A DNA stretch of 64,000 nt from Eledone cirrhosa (taxonomy: Eukaryota): the NCBI GenBank assembly GCA_964016885.1, contig CAXHJY010001549.1:143208-207207 (forward strand), given 5' to 3'. The notes beneath the pieces were generated by a model. It was not told where the DNA came from, did no database searches, and was given only the letters and a program-made list of their open reading frames with translations. Position 1 is the first letter of the stretch; each line of letters starts with the position of its first letter. Both the position numbers and the translations under genes were made by a program. This document shows positions 12,691-26,611 of the stretch, piece by piece.

Positions 12691-12975
12691 TGTCTCTGCC
12701 ATCACGCAGTAATACAGAAGATCCGACTTCCCACGGGACCACGCCGACGCTGAAGCATACAGTCAATATGCCCCCATCCCCTCCCACTGCAAAAAAGCAC
12801 CCAGCACTCACTGTAAATGAGGTTGGTGTTAGGAAGGGCTTCCAGTTGTAGAAATCAAACCAAACCAGTTCTCGTATGAGGAAGACAAGGTCACTCAACC
12901 TAGTACTGCTCCAACAGGACAACCCGTCTAACCTATGTTAGCATGGAAGAATGGACGTAAAATGGTGATGATGAC
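12690..12975 (+). mobile_element. RTE 3' UTR fragment
   Basis: Homologous to 13085-13430 in opposite orientation; GGTGATGATG tail. Confidence 0.8.
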
Positions 12976-13084
12976 TATATATATATATACATATATTTAT
13001 ATACATACATACATATACATATATAAATATATATATATACATATAAATATATATATATATATAAATATATACATATAAATATAT

Positions 13085-14360
13085 ATCATCATCATCACCG
13101 TTTTACGTCCGTTCTTCCACGCTAGCATGGGTTAGACGGGTTGTCCTGTTGTGTGCAGTGTCTGGTCGGCTGACCATGCCTTGCTCATACAGGAACTGAT
13201 CTGGCTTGATTTCTACAGCTGGATGCCCTTCCTAACACCAACCTCATTTACAGTGAGTGCTGGGTGCTTTTTCGTGGCGCCTACACGTCCACTTTACAGT
13301 GTGGGCTGGGTGCTTTTTTGCCGTGGCACCTCCACGACCACCTTGCGGTGGGGGGTGTGGGGGCATATTGTTTATATGCTTCAGCATGTACCCATGGGAG
13401 GTCGGGTACTCTGTATTACTGCGTGACGCCAGAAGTCACGGTCGTGTGTCATTGTCTTTGAGAGGTGTAGTTGGGTAAGGTCGGCTTTTATCACCTCATC
13501 TTGGGTCTCCCCACTCCGCGGTTTCCATCAACTTCTAGTGCTCTGCACCTTTTTATGCAGCTGTCATCCTTCATACGCATCACATGTCCATACCAGCGCA
13601 ACCGCCTCTCCTGCACACAGCATTTGATTCCTCTTATGCTCAGTCTCTCTCTCAATTCATTTATGCTTTGTCGTTCACGTATATTACTGTTACACATCCA
13701 TCGGAGCATGCAGGCTTCGTTTCTCTCTAATCTACGTAACTCTTCCACCTTCAGCGCCCAGGTCTCACTACCATGCAACATCGCTGTTCGGATACACGCA
13801 TCATACAGTCTGCCTTTCATTCTGAGGGAGAAGCCTTTTGCAGCTAGCAGTGGTAGTAGTTCCCTGAATTTCTTCCATTCCGTTCTTACCCTAGTTATTG
13901 TACTTTCTGAACACCCACCTCCGTTGCTAATTCGGTCACCTAGGTAGCAGAAGCTGTCTACTGTTTCTACAGGGCCCTCCCAGAGATTGGTGGTACTTGT
14001 TTCCTGTGGCTGTTTGCTGCTTGCTGTTTCAGCACAGCTGCTGCATGTGAATCCTACATTCTTAATTAAGCTTCCTGAGATCCCACTACATCTCTTGTGT
14101 ACCCATTGTTTGCATTTGGGGCAGAGAATGGAGTTCCTACCTACACCTTTCCTACATACTGAGCAGGGCCATTTCCCTGAGGGGATCTGGGTTCTGTTTT
14201 CTCGTCTACTTACAAGGACCTTAGTCTTTGTCATGTTGACTTTGAGACCCTTTCTTTCTAGTCCCTGCTTCCAGGTTTGGAATTTATTCTCTAGTTCTAC
14301 CATAGATTCAGCTATGAGTGCGAGGCCATCAGCATACAGGAGTTCCCATGGGCATCCGTA
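13085..14360 (-). mobile_element. 5'-truncated RTE-clade LINE (RT C-terminal part, 3' UTR, (GAT)n tail)
   Basis: ORF 13491..14627 contains LLYADGLAL (YADD motif), CSVC..C..C zinc knuckle, [24 protein letters not shown]; ends GGACGTAAAACGGTGATGATG. Confidence 0.92.
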
Positions 14361-15558
14361 TATGTATATATAAATATATATCCGTATATGTATATATATA
14401 TATAAATATATATCCGTATATGTATATATATATATATAAATATATATATACATATAAATATATATATACATATAAATATATATATATACATATAAATATA
14501 TAGATACATATAAATAAATATATATATACATATAAATATATATATATACATATAAATATATATATATACATATAAATATATATATATACATATAAATATA
14601 TATATACATATAAATATATATATACACTTATACACATAAATATATATACATATATATATACACATAAATATATATATATATACATAAATATATATATATA
14701 TACATATAAATATATATATATACATATATACACATAAATATATATATATACACATAAATATATATATATACACATAAATATATATATATATATATATACA
14801 TATAAATATATATATATATATATATACATATAAATATGTATATATATATATACATATAAATATATATATATATACATATAAATATATATATATATATATA
14901 TACATATAAATATATATATATATATACATATAAATATATATATATATACATATAAATATATATATATATATACATATAAATATATAAATATATATATATA
15001 CATATAAATATATATATATACATATAAATATATATATATACATATAAATATATATATATACATATAAATATATATATATACATATAAATATATATATATA
15101 CATATAAATATATATATATACATATAAATATATATATATACATATAAATATATATATATATATATATACATCATCATCATCATCAACGTTTAACGTCCGT
15201 GTTCCACGCTTGCATGGGTTTGGACGGGGGTATTCCCACTTGAGGCAAGAGTGATTGTCTTGCTCGCATAGGACTGTCTGGCAGGTTTTCTACAGTTGGA
15301 TGCCCTTCCTAACACCAACCACATTTACAGTGTGGGACTGGGAGGTTTTTACCGTGTTGCCTACACGGCCACATTACAGCGTGGACTGTGTGTTTTTTTG
15401 TCGTGACACCTACATGATCTCATTTGTTTCGGCCTGGATGTTGTGGCACCAACATAACTTTACATAGGAGGGGGTGGTGTGGATGGGGGTGTGGGTGGTG
15501 GGACGGGGGTGTATTTTGTTAGAGATGCCTATTGGCTGTAGTAGGTTTTACTATATAA

Positions 15559-15604
<46 letters not shown>

Positions 15605-15619
15605 ATATATATATATATA

Positions 15620-15665
<46 letters not shown>

Positions 15666-15747
15666 ATATATATATATACATATAAATATAAATATATATA
15701 TATACATATAAATATATATAAATATACATATATATATACACATATAA

Positions 15748-15793
<46 letters not shown>

Positions 15794-16013
15794 ATATATA
15801 TATATATACATATAAATATAAATATATATATATACATATAAATATATATAAATATACATATATATATACACATATAAATATATATATATATATATAAATA
15901 TATATATATATACATATATATATACACATATATAAATAAATATATATACACACATATATATATAAATATATATATATATACATATATAAATATAAATATA
16001 TATATATATACAT

Positions 16014-16070
<57 letters not shown>

Positions 16071-16520
16071 CATATATATATACATATATATATACACATA
16101 TATATATAAATATATATATATATACATATATATATACACATATATATATATAAATATATATATACATATACACATATATATAAATATATATATATATACA
16201 TACATATATACACATATAATATATATATACATATACACATATATATAAATATATATATATATACATACATATATACACATATAATATATATATACATATA
16301 TACACATATTATATATATATACATATATACACATAAATATATATATATATATACATATAATATATATATACATATATACACATAAATATATATATATATA
16401 TACATATAATATATATATACATATATACACATAAATATATATATATATATATATACATAAATATATATATTCATATATATAAATATACATATATACATAT
16501 AAATATACATATATATATAG
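14360..16520. repeat. Large compound (TA)n arrays with CATATAAA interruptions, split by an RTE tail
   Basis: Source of spurious Y/I-rich ORFs. Confidence 0.95.
15169..15545 (-). mobile_element. RTE 3' UTR fragment (subfamily of 63325-64000)
   Basis: Near-identical reverse complement of ~63690-64000; (CAT)n tail; TA arrays on both sides. Confidence 0.85.
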
Positions 16521-16611
16521 GGAAGAGTCAGGAATGTATATATATACATACATATAGTCCAGAAATAGCCGTCGAAACGGCTTGAGCTCTGCAGTGGGGG
16601 TCATACTTTCT

Positions 16612-16661
<50 letters not shown>

Positions 16662-17005
16662 TTGAACAATTAACTCATCTTCAAAACTGACAAAGAACCA
16701 TTTACTTTTAATTATAAATACTCGTCAGTGTGATTTTAATGAGTATTCATTCAGGAATTTGATTAACTACCAACACACTGAATCAACGTGTAAGTGGTTG
16801 AGTATTCCATAGACATATGGATCGATGTAATTCTCAGGACATAACTAGTTAATACCCCCTCCCCCAGAAGTGAAAATTTAATACCATTATTTGGAAGTGG
16901 AGAGAATATAATACTCTCATTATCTCGATAAAATAAAGTACCAGTAATGTATTGGTTAATTGCTGGCCTTGTGCCAAAAGTAGAAACAATTATCTATATG
17001 TGTGT

Positions 17006-17302
17006 GTTTCGCTTTAGGTATACAAAATGGAAAGCAATAAGATGAAATACATGCTTTTTCTTCGTAAATCTTCACCTTTTGATTTTTTTAAATCAATAAA
17101 CTGAAAGATTCATTGGTGAATATTTTCGATTCTGATCTGCTCCCTTCTCCCAACAGACTGCAGTCCATTGCTGTCAGCCAGTATAAATTAGCACAAAAAG
17201 ATGAGATAGTCAAATGAATCCAAGAAAAGAAAGAATCTTGCTAAGGTACCAAATTAAGACACATTTTATGCAGCTGCATTTTATTTTATATACCTAAAGC
17301 GA

Positions 17303-17304
<2 letters not shown>
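17006..17304. mobile_element. MITE of unassigned superfamily
   Basis: Inverted ends TCGCTTTAGGTATACAAAAT / ATTTTATATACCTAAAGCGA. Confidence 0.6.
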
Positions 17305-17380
<76 letters not shown>

Positions 17381-17383
17381 ATA

Positions 17384-17617
17384 CAGGGTGTGTAAAAAAA
17401 GAATCGTCTTATTTCAAAAAGCTATATTATTTAAACAAATGATTATCGTGTAGATGTATACAGTATGTCTAGAGGAAGGCATATTGAGCATTTGTAAACA
17501 TTGTAAATAAAACTTTATATACCGATATGTATTGTACAAGTTACCGCATGATTGTATGGTCGTTTGCTTTAAAAATATAACCTTTTGAAATCGGATGATT
17601 CTTTTAGATACACCCTG
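17384..17617. mobile_element. Tc1/mariner-type MITE
   Basis: TA|CAGGGTGTGTAAAAAAAGAATC...GATTCTTTTAGATACACCCTG. Confidence 0.7.
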
Positions 17618-20028
17618 TGTAATACACATGTACACATCCACATATATAATAGGATAAATCAATGTTTTAAACCAGCTTTAATTTACTGTAAGAGGTTCGT
17701 TATCATTTATGCGTTAAAAGTTTTGAAATCAATATGATCATTGAACACTCAACATTTCCATAGAAATAATAACATTTTAGAAGAAGCAGTTAGGTGACAA
17801 GTTTAAAATGAGTATATATAAGGGCCTTATATTCTCAATAACATACAACATAGTTTCCGTAGCTGAAGTATTATTATATACCTACATATAACGGATGTAC
17901 ATTTTACAATAAACTCAAGGTCAAGAGTAATGAATAACGAAATAAAAATATTAAATTCCCTACATAAAAAATTACTTTCCATATGTAGTTTGAATGTTTT
18001 AAGATAGGATGTTTACAAAAGTAACAAAACTTTAAATTTTCCATTTCGATTTCTGTGTGTTGTGTGTGGTGCTCACACCCGCCCTCCTCCTTTTGAGGCA
18101 ACGAAAAACAAAATCTCTCAAATTAATTCAATATTTAAGCAATAATAAGATAATTAGTGATTGCGCCACAATGCAAAAGGTAAAGTAATTTCCAGGCGTG
18201 GTAGAGGTATGGCTTTTAAAATTGCAGTTAAACTACACAAACCCTTCAATTACATATTGTGCTTTTACATGTAAATAATGGTTTCTGATTTAGGCACAAG
18301 GCCAACAACTTTTTTTTTGGGGGGGGGGGGGGGGGTAATTAAATCGACCCCAGTGCATTACTGGTACTTTATTCTATCGACCCCGTAAGGATGAAAGGCG
18401 GGATTTAAGGCAAAGTTCTATAATTGATATATCTTCAAAAAACAACAAAAGATGTAAAGAAATATCAATGTTAAATTAGTTCTACTCTTTGATAGCCTCA
18501 CAACAAACAACGCAAACATATTTACTATTTTACACAAGTAAAGGATATTCGTTCTTTTATATCAGCGACTGAAGTATATGGCTAAGTAATAATATATTTC
18601 CCATTGTTGTATTTTAGTAGCAGTCTGTGTTTGTCAATTCGTTAATTATTAAACACAGTCTGCGTTAATTACTTATATAGCTTTGTTTTTTTTTATGTAA
18701 CTAACAAAATAGTAGTAACCACTACAATCTAAATATACATTAACATAATATCTGATAGGGAAAGAGTTAATTAATTAATAGAAAATATGATGATTTCTTA
18801 CATCTGGAGTTAACAACGAAGTTTTTAACTAAACTTCACATTTTAAATGTAATTTCTATAATGATCATTCATTTTTTAATTTAATTTGTAAACAAAACAA
18901 GTTAGATTGGCGAAGAAATTGTTGTTAGCAAATGATGTATAATTACAAAGAAGTTATTTTAATTGTTCGATCTTCTGTTGAAATGTCACCATAAGTGGTT
19001 GTGGTTTTGGGGGTGGGGTAGATTAATTAATTTATGTTATATTTAATTCCAGATGAAATGTGAGACAAACATTTTCAATCTCCTATCATAATTCCATTTA
19101 CATTATAGGAGGAATATTAAATCGATCCAATAATTTATCTGGTATGCCCATCTGGGAGGCATCGATACCAAGTGATGCTCGATACTCAGAAGAGGATCAT
19201 CTCTATCCTTACCGGGTACCAAATGACCATACTTAAGATATGTACTTTATGTTATCGACCAGGTTTTAATCAGTTCCACACGAAGACATCAATTACATAG
19301 ATTTACGACATAAAAACTTGACATAGAGGTGTCTACTTTCAAGAAATTAATTAGGTAAAACAACAAATACTGAGTGAATGTTCCGAGACTTAAGGAAAAT
19401 GTTATAGAGTTAGTCTAACATCCTGTTTGTCGTTGGGAAAATTGAAACACTATATACACATGTGTGTGTATGTTTTCGTAAAATAAAAATACACACATAT
19501 CATATATATATAATGGAAATTTTCATGTTGTTACTTAATTATAAACTTCACGTGAAATGTGTCTTGAACACCTCAATGTTTACATGTAAATGACAACATA
19601 CACACATCCTACTACACACTACACACACCTATAATTGCAGTGTAGATAAGGCAGAAAAGATGCAATGTGTCCCATAAAGACAAACATATGAACAAGAACA
19701 AGGAGGGCCGATCAAAAGAAAACGATATATATGCAAACTATTATGTAAAAAACGCGGCTGACGATAGAGATCGGATCATCGACCGTAAACATGGTTATCG
19801 ATCAAAGTAAAAGATAAACAGTGCCGCCTCCACAGGTGGGAGTTACTTGTCAAAACAACTAACTTAAACTATAAACTAAGAGGCTAGAATCAATGGATGT
19901 AAAAGTTGAACACACGCACACATACATACATAAATAAATACAGTTAGAAAAACAAAGATAGAGAGGGACAGAGACAGATAGAAGACAAGAGAGAGAAAGA
20001 AGAATTAAAGTAATGTCGATCTACTTAC

Positions 20029-21706
20029 CTAAAATCTGTGTAGCGCTGATAGCCTGGGCTGTGGGAGTGCTGATCCCGGCTGCCGCCGCTGCTACTGTCT
20101 GTATCTGGTGTGGGCTGAGTTGTTGTTGTCCCTGCGATTGGGAGGAAGTTGTGCCTCCACCCCCTAAACTGGCCGCCATGCTGGAAGTTGTCGCCGATGT
20201 GGTGGTGGCTATCGTTATTGGCCCGCCCATGCCTTGCAGAGGAGACGAGGCCGCTATGATCTGTCCTTGCGGAGTGATAGCTTGAAAGTTAGCTAAGTTC
20301 TGTACGTTTTGTAGGGCGGAGAATCCTTGGAGACCTTGCAGACCTTGAATGTTTTGAACTTGTATAGTCTGTATATTGGTAGGTCGAATGTTTGCAATGT
20401 TGAGCGTAGGAATCCAAGGGTTGCCTTGAATAACCTGGTTCTGGCCTGCTGCTGCAGCAGCAATTTGGATATTGGCTGCGCTTTGTAACATTTGAGGAGT
20501 AATAATATTAGACACCATGCTGCCTTGACTGGCTGCGGAAGTAATAGTTGACGTTCCAGATAAACTGGCTGTATTTTGGGGTATAGCCAGAGAATGGACA
20601 TTTTGGCTGCCTGATGTTACCACTGACTGGTTGCAAGGATTGTGTGATAACGAAATGATAGTGGGAATAGTCTGTAGTGCTGACTGAGGGATGAAGCCAG
20701 GATTTGAAGCAGTCGGCGAGGCAGCTGTACTTGAAATGGACGTGGAGACAGTTTGGGTTGCGGTTCCACCACTTAGTTGTTGTTGAATGTTGTTGACAGA
20801 GGGACAAGCGACATCTGTTGCCGTAGTAACGAGAGGTTGCGGTGAGTTACTTTTGATCTCAGTTTTAACGTTGATTTCATTCGGTGCTGCTATTTCGAGC
20901 ACTTGCTGCGTAAGATTTTGTCCGGAGCTGAGTTGATTCGAGTTATTGCCCGTCACTGATGAATGAAGTGTGGGAAGAGTACCTTGACCCATAAGGTTAG
21001 CAGTTTGAAGTGTTGGAGCGGAGAAAGCTTGAATGGGCAGTTGAATCGCTTGGTAAGTTGTTTGTCCGTTCCCAGTTGATACGGGTATTTGTATAATGGG
21101 CATTTGTTGGAGTTGAGACAAAGGCAATTGTATTGTCTGCATAAGAGGCTGCCGTATGGCCATATTCTGCATTCCTGCCAGATTGACCATATTACCGCCC
21201 AAATTGAGCACGTTACCCATGAAACCGACATTGTTGGGGATAATGTTGGCTCCCGAGAGGCCTTGGGTGGTTCGGACGATTTGTCCGGTCGGCGTTAGGA
21301 CAGCTTGATTCCCCGCAAGAATCGCTTGACCTCCACTCGCCGTGGAAGCATTTGCAGGTACAAAGATGGCCTCTTGTCCATCCAATGTAAATGTTTGGAA
21401 CGGTGGTATGACATTATATGTTATGTTTCCACCTGGTCCGGTGGACGCAATCAGTTGTGGAGTCTGCTGGGCTATGATCGGAGCAGTAGTTAATGCCGTA
21501 GCTGGTGCGTTTGGCTTGGTAGAGTCCACGACACCAGGTACTTGAACCCAGTTCTGGCCGGCCACGATCTCGCTTTGATTGGTAACCTGATTCTGACCAA
21601 TTATTCGGACCTGAGTTGCATTCACTTGGTTAATTCCGTCTTCTTGTGGAGCCCCGATCTTGCTGCAAGTAGCGGCCAACAGAGCCAAAGGGGATGGCTG
21701 GTTATC
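20029..21706 (-). CDS. Sp1-4: Sp1-4-like transcription factor, coding exon 2 (Sp box, Q/S/T-rich transactivation region)
   Basis: ORF 20021..21688 (555 aa) extended to acceptor TTGTAG|GAT; contains Sp box SPLALLAATCSKIG; donor TTAG|GTAAGT; 1678 nt, ends phase 1. Confidence 0.96.
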
Positions 21707-21850
21707 CTACAAGGCGGGGTTAAAGAAAGGGGTGTGCATAAAAATTAGGCCATTCAAAAAAAAATTTCAGCCCTACTAGGAACTGGTTGTATGGTGGGGG
21801 GAGAGAGAGAAAAACAACATATACACATTCTACAGATGGAAAAAACTCAC

Positions 21851-21913
21851 CTGAGATGAACTTGTCGGCATCACATAGTCTTCATTCGTTCTCCTTATAG
21901 CAAGTGTAGCCAT
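21851..21913 (-). CDS. Sp1-4: Sp1-4-like transcription factor, coding exon 1 (MATLAIRRTNEDYVMPTSSSQ)
   Basis: ATG at 21913 directly preceded by in-frame TAA; 63 nt; donor CAG|GTGAGT; phase-0 join to exon 2 gives SSSQ|DNQPSPLALLAATCSKIG, the typical Sp1/3/4 N-terminus. Confidence 0.85.
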
Positions 21914-22229
21914 TTAATGCCGAAGCAAACCATTGATGTGGATACTGGATCGATCGTGGCAGGCATCTGTTCGCCATAGATGGGAAGTCCACGTTCCTTG
22001 CTTGGAGGCCATGGAGGCGACTGACTCAAGTGAGCGTATTCTTCCGCGTTAACCGAAACACACACCTTCTTTTTGTCTATATGCATACGCAATTGAAAAT
22101 AGCATGCGGCCAAATAATAATACTTTATGTTCAATTTTGAAGAATAGTCAACAAAATCGATATTAATATGGAGGCTTTTGATTATTTTGTTGAAAGGTTT
22201 CGATCTTAGTGTACAGAGAAAATTATATT

Positions 22230-22320
22230 AGTAATAAGTGGGAGGGAGAACTATGTTGGCAACAACGGCCCTAATATTGTTAAAGGCGGGCTGATTGACA
22301 GAGTTGGTTGGATAAAAATG
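22230..22320 (-). promoter_or_regulatory. Putative proximal promoter of the Sp gene with GC box
   Basis: GGCGGG at 22285-22290 and GGGAGGG near 22240, about 370 bp upstream of the ATG in AT-rich DNA; TSS unknown. Confidence 0.4.
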
Positions 22321-22507
22321 CACGATAAATGTTAAAATTGATATAATAATGTCATTTGCAATATTGAAAAAATTATAAAATTACATTGTTTATAAATATA
22401 TATATATAAATATATAAATTTAGTTTTCAATTAATATACATAAATATAATTTCTACTTTATATATATATATTATGTGTGTGTATATATATATACAGACAC
22501 ATATATC

Positions 22508-22567
<60 letters not shown>

Positions 22568-23023
22568 CGTATTATACAGATATATATATCTGTATATTAT
22601 GTGTGTGTGACTGAAGGGGAGGGTAGAAAGTGGTAGTAACCCAACAGAAAAGTGACGCAGTAAATCCTATATGGGAGGAGATAAGTGAAGTAGTACCAGA
22701 GAGAGGGTGGAGGAACGGCGAGAGTAGAACACACAAAGAGAGTAATATATATGTGTGTATATAATATATAGAGAGATATGTATATATATATATATAATTA
22801 GTGTTGTTAATAGACAGAGAGAAAGAATAAGTTAGACAGGGAAGAATTAGGAGGGATCTTATAAAAATTCTCTCTCTCTTATAAACGATATATTAGCGAG
22901 AACGAAATAGTGGGAGTGGAAAAAAATATTTTAGTGAAATAAAGAATATGACTAATGAAGAAAGAGGATGGAAAAACGAACGACAGTAGTAAATCACTAA
23001 CAATAGATGAATTATATATACAT

Positions 23024-23087
<64 letters not shown>

Positions 23088-23529
23088 GTATATATATATA
23101 TATATATATTATATTATAGTATATGCATCACGCAATCGACGTGGTAAAGAAAAAGGTAGAGACCATACATACTAACATACTAAAACGGTTACGCATAATA
23201 AAACAATCAACCACCATATTACTTACATAGAGAGAGAAGTAAAATAAAGTTTTCACGTCCAGCCAGCCAAACAATGTTCCCTTTTTAAATAACTTTTTTT
23301 TTTTACGAAATTCTCCGAACACACCTCCTGATTGCTTACAAAACGAATAGAGGATGGAACGATGATGGAGATTTAAATTTTTTTTATTTTATTTTTATTC
23401 TTCCGCCTAAGAAAAAAAGTCCGTTGAAAAATGGTTAAAAAAAAGTCATTTACGATGTCACTGATCGCAAATATTGAGAAGAGAAATTTTGTAGATAATA
23501 GAAACTGTTTCCTTCTTAAAATAATCCGA

Positions 23530-23707
23530 TAATGTTTATATATATATATATATATAAATCTAGATTTGTATATACATGTATAGATATATATACATGTATA
23601 TATATAGAGAGATTTATATATACATATATATATATATATTTATATATAAATCTAAATTTATGTTTGCGAGTATATATATATATAATAAATAAATATATAA
23701 TATATAA

Positions 23708-23774
<67 letters not shown>

Positions 23775-23847
23775 AATAAATAATATATAAATATATATAA
23801 TATATATATATATATATAAATATATATAATATATAAATATATATAAT

Positions 23848-23881
<34 letters not shown>

Positions 23882-23955
23882 ATATATAAATATATATAAT
23901 ATATAATATATATATATATACACAAGCACACACTGGTCTACGTATATATATATTT
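23530..23955. repeat. (TA)n-rich microsatellite
   Basis: Direct reading. Confidence 0.9.
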
Positions 23956-25771
23956 TTTTTCTATATGTATTTACATGTATGTGTAGTAACAATTGTACAA
24001 TCTGGCTTGTTGCTAAGTCGATACGTTCGCCTTTTTTTTTTATGCCCCCCCCCCCCTTTTTTTTCGCGCACTCACATCTACGCCTTTATTATAGATTCTC
24101 TCTTTCTTTCGTTCTCTTCTTTCTTTCCCTCTCTCATTCACTCTTTCTCCTACGCTTCCTATTTTTTTTTAATGGAATAACTCTATCTTCTCTCAACTAA
24201 AATATAGGCTGATAACCAAATTACGGCCAGGTCAAAGGCGGAGCAAACCAGTCATGTTTTTTTTTTTCTAACTCCCCTTAAGGTGGTAATTCATGTATGT
24301 ATATCCACACATAGACATAGACACGTTACACATGTATATATATATATATATATGTATGCATGTGTAATGCATAATAATTGCTGAGAAAATCGGGTAAAAT
24401 ACCCTGCAATCGCGAAAAGGTGCCTGCCAGAAATCGAATCTCGCATCTATAGGATGCCGGGCAAGTGCGTTAACCACGACACTAAATAGCCACTGGCTAC
24501 CAATTCTGTCTTTTTAGAAGAGTTTAACTCTGCAGCTATAAGTGTAATCAAAGCTGTCCCTAAAGTCCTTCATTAGATTTTCTCATTTATGATTGAGACT
24601 GATCAACTTTTATTATGGTCATTTGCATAGGGATGTAGACATTTCAAATTTTTCCCATTGCTTCTTAAGTCAACTGCTTTGATTACATTTCTAGCTACAC
24701 ACTCACGCACATACCTATACCTACTTACATACATACATACATACACGCGCGTACATGCATAAATACATACACATATATACGCACATACATACATACTTAT
24801 ACACAAACATAAATATATACATGCATACGAAAGTATATTTACAATTTATTTTTAAATTGTTTAAACAAGCATATATTATATAATTACGCGAAGGTTGTAT
24901 ATAATTATGTAGCTGCATATAATTAAGTAAAGGTAATATTGTACTTTTAAATAGATTTCAAAAACTGTCCTTTAATATGGAGACAAACACGTGAATACAT
25001 TAGACAAACATATTTTTAATAACATATGTTTACATTACACGAATATAAAGTCATATTGCTATGTCGTGAGTGCTACGTAGATAAAGAAAATATCATCAAT
25101 TAATTATTTCTGTCTAGCTTATTGACATTGTATATCGCTAAAGGTATGTTCCATCTCAACATCTGTGTATTATCAATAACGAAGGTGAAATCTATAATTT
25201 ATCGAAACATGTTTGAAAAGTCGATAATTCAGGACGCAATTATTCATCGCATAAGATACGATAAAGGGAAATAGACTTAAGTTTTGAAAATGAATTTAAA
25301 ACAAAATTACAGCCGTTGCATTTAATATTGTAAATAAATCTAGAGCTTCACTACATTTTACATCGATTTTCAATTGATGGAGTATCTTTTTTTTGTTGTT
25401 TTTTTTCTTCTTTTTTTTTTAATGATTGCTACTGAACAAGGTTTTAGCTTCTGTGCAAAGCTCACAACTCACCGCCTTTAGCACACGCCCGCATGTACAC
25501 ACACACACATATATAAAAATATTAATATATGCATGTTTGTGAGTATTCATGTGTATGTAAGCGTTTGGTTGATTCCTCACCCTCATTTCCTTAGACACAC
25601 ACATTATATGGTTCCTCATTAGTTAACTATTTCCTTCTAAGTTCATATAAAGACATGTTTGTATGAAGATAATAAAATGTCAAAACTTTCTTACAATTGG
25701 ATTCCCTTCCTAAAACTAAAATACTTTGTTTTTCTTCTACAGAATTATGTTCTCTCTCTTAATTGTATCAT

Positions 25772-26245
25772 AATAATAATTGTTTCTACTTTTGGCACAA
25801 GGCCAGCAATTATCTAGTACATTACTGGTACTTTATTTTATCGACCCCGTAAGGATGAAAGGCAAAGTTAACCTTGGTGGGATTTGAACTCAGTTCGTAA
25901 AGGCATGTAGCTCTATGCTGCAAAGCATTGTGTTCAGCCCTCCACCTATACTGCCAATCCACCATGATTGTATCATAATAATAATGGTTTCTGATTTAGA
26001 TACAAGACCAACAATTTTCGGTGAGGGGAAGTCGATTAAATCAACCCCAGTGCATTACTGGTAATTTATTTTATTGACCTCCATAAGGATGAAAGGTAAA
26101 GCTAACTTTGGTGGTATTTGTACTCAGAATGTAAAGAGCAATACCTATATGTTGCAAAGCATGTCTGATGCTCGACCGACTACTGTCACTCCACCGCTTA
26201 GTAATAGTGATGGTTTCTGATTTAGGTACAAGGCCAGCAATTTTG
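25772..26245 (-). mobile_element. Tandem cluster of SINE family A copies
   Basis: Two full copies and one tail in the same orientation. Confidence 0.85.
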
Positions 26246-26611
26246 AAGTAGATGTCTAGAGTTTCCTCAAGAACATCATCGCTTTCATCCGCCACTAACC
26301 CTATATAGAATACGAAGGTGGAGTTTCCACTGATCATATTGTCCAATTGGCAGAAGGCTGTGAGCGCCTGAAGACATTCCAGTTTCCAAGCACTCCCCCT
26401 CAGTCGCCGCTTGACCCAGAACTGCAGCAACGTTAAGGAGATGAGCTGAGGGTACAAAAAAAAACATATATGACAAAAAAAAAAGAACATTACAAGAAAT
26501 CCCATATTTACCAATTTCCCAAACCCCTGCTTATAAGCTTATAAGAATCTAAGCAAATGTCCAGCACCCCCCTATTTTTTGGGACCTGAGAGTACTGCTC
26601 TCAAAATCATA

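Noticed and set aside
14312-16604. Long Y/I-rich ORFs (also ~23500 and 59600-62900)
   Set aside because: Translations of stop-poor (TA)n microsatellite
20013-21748. Antisense and alternate-frame ORFs over Sp exon 2
   Set aside because: Shadows of the GC-richer coding exon with no independent features
24418-24500. tRNA gene on minus strand
   Set aside because: Only degenerate A/B boxes and no convincing cloverleaf; more likely a SINE head
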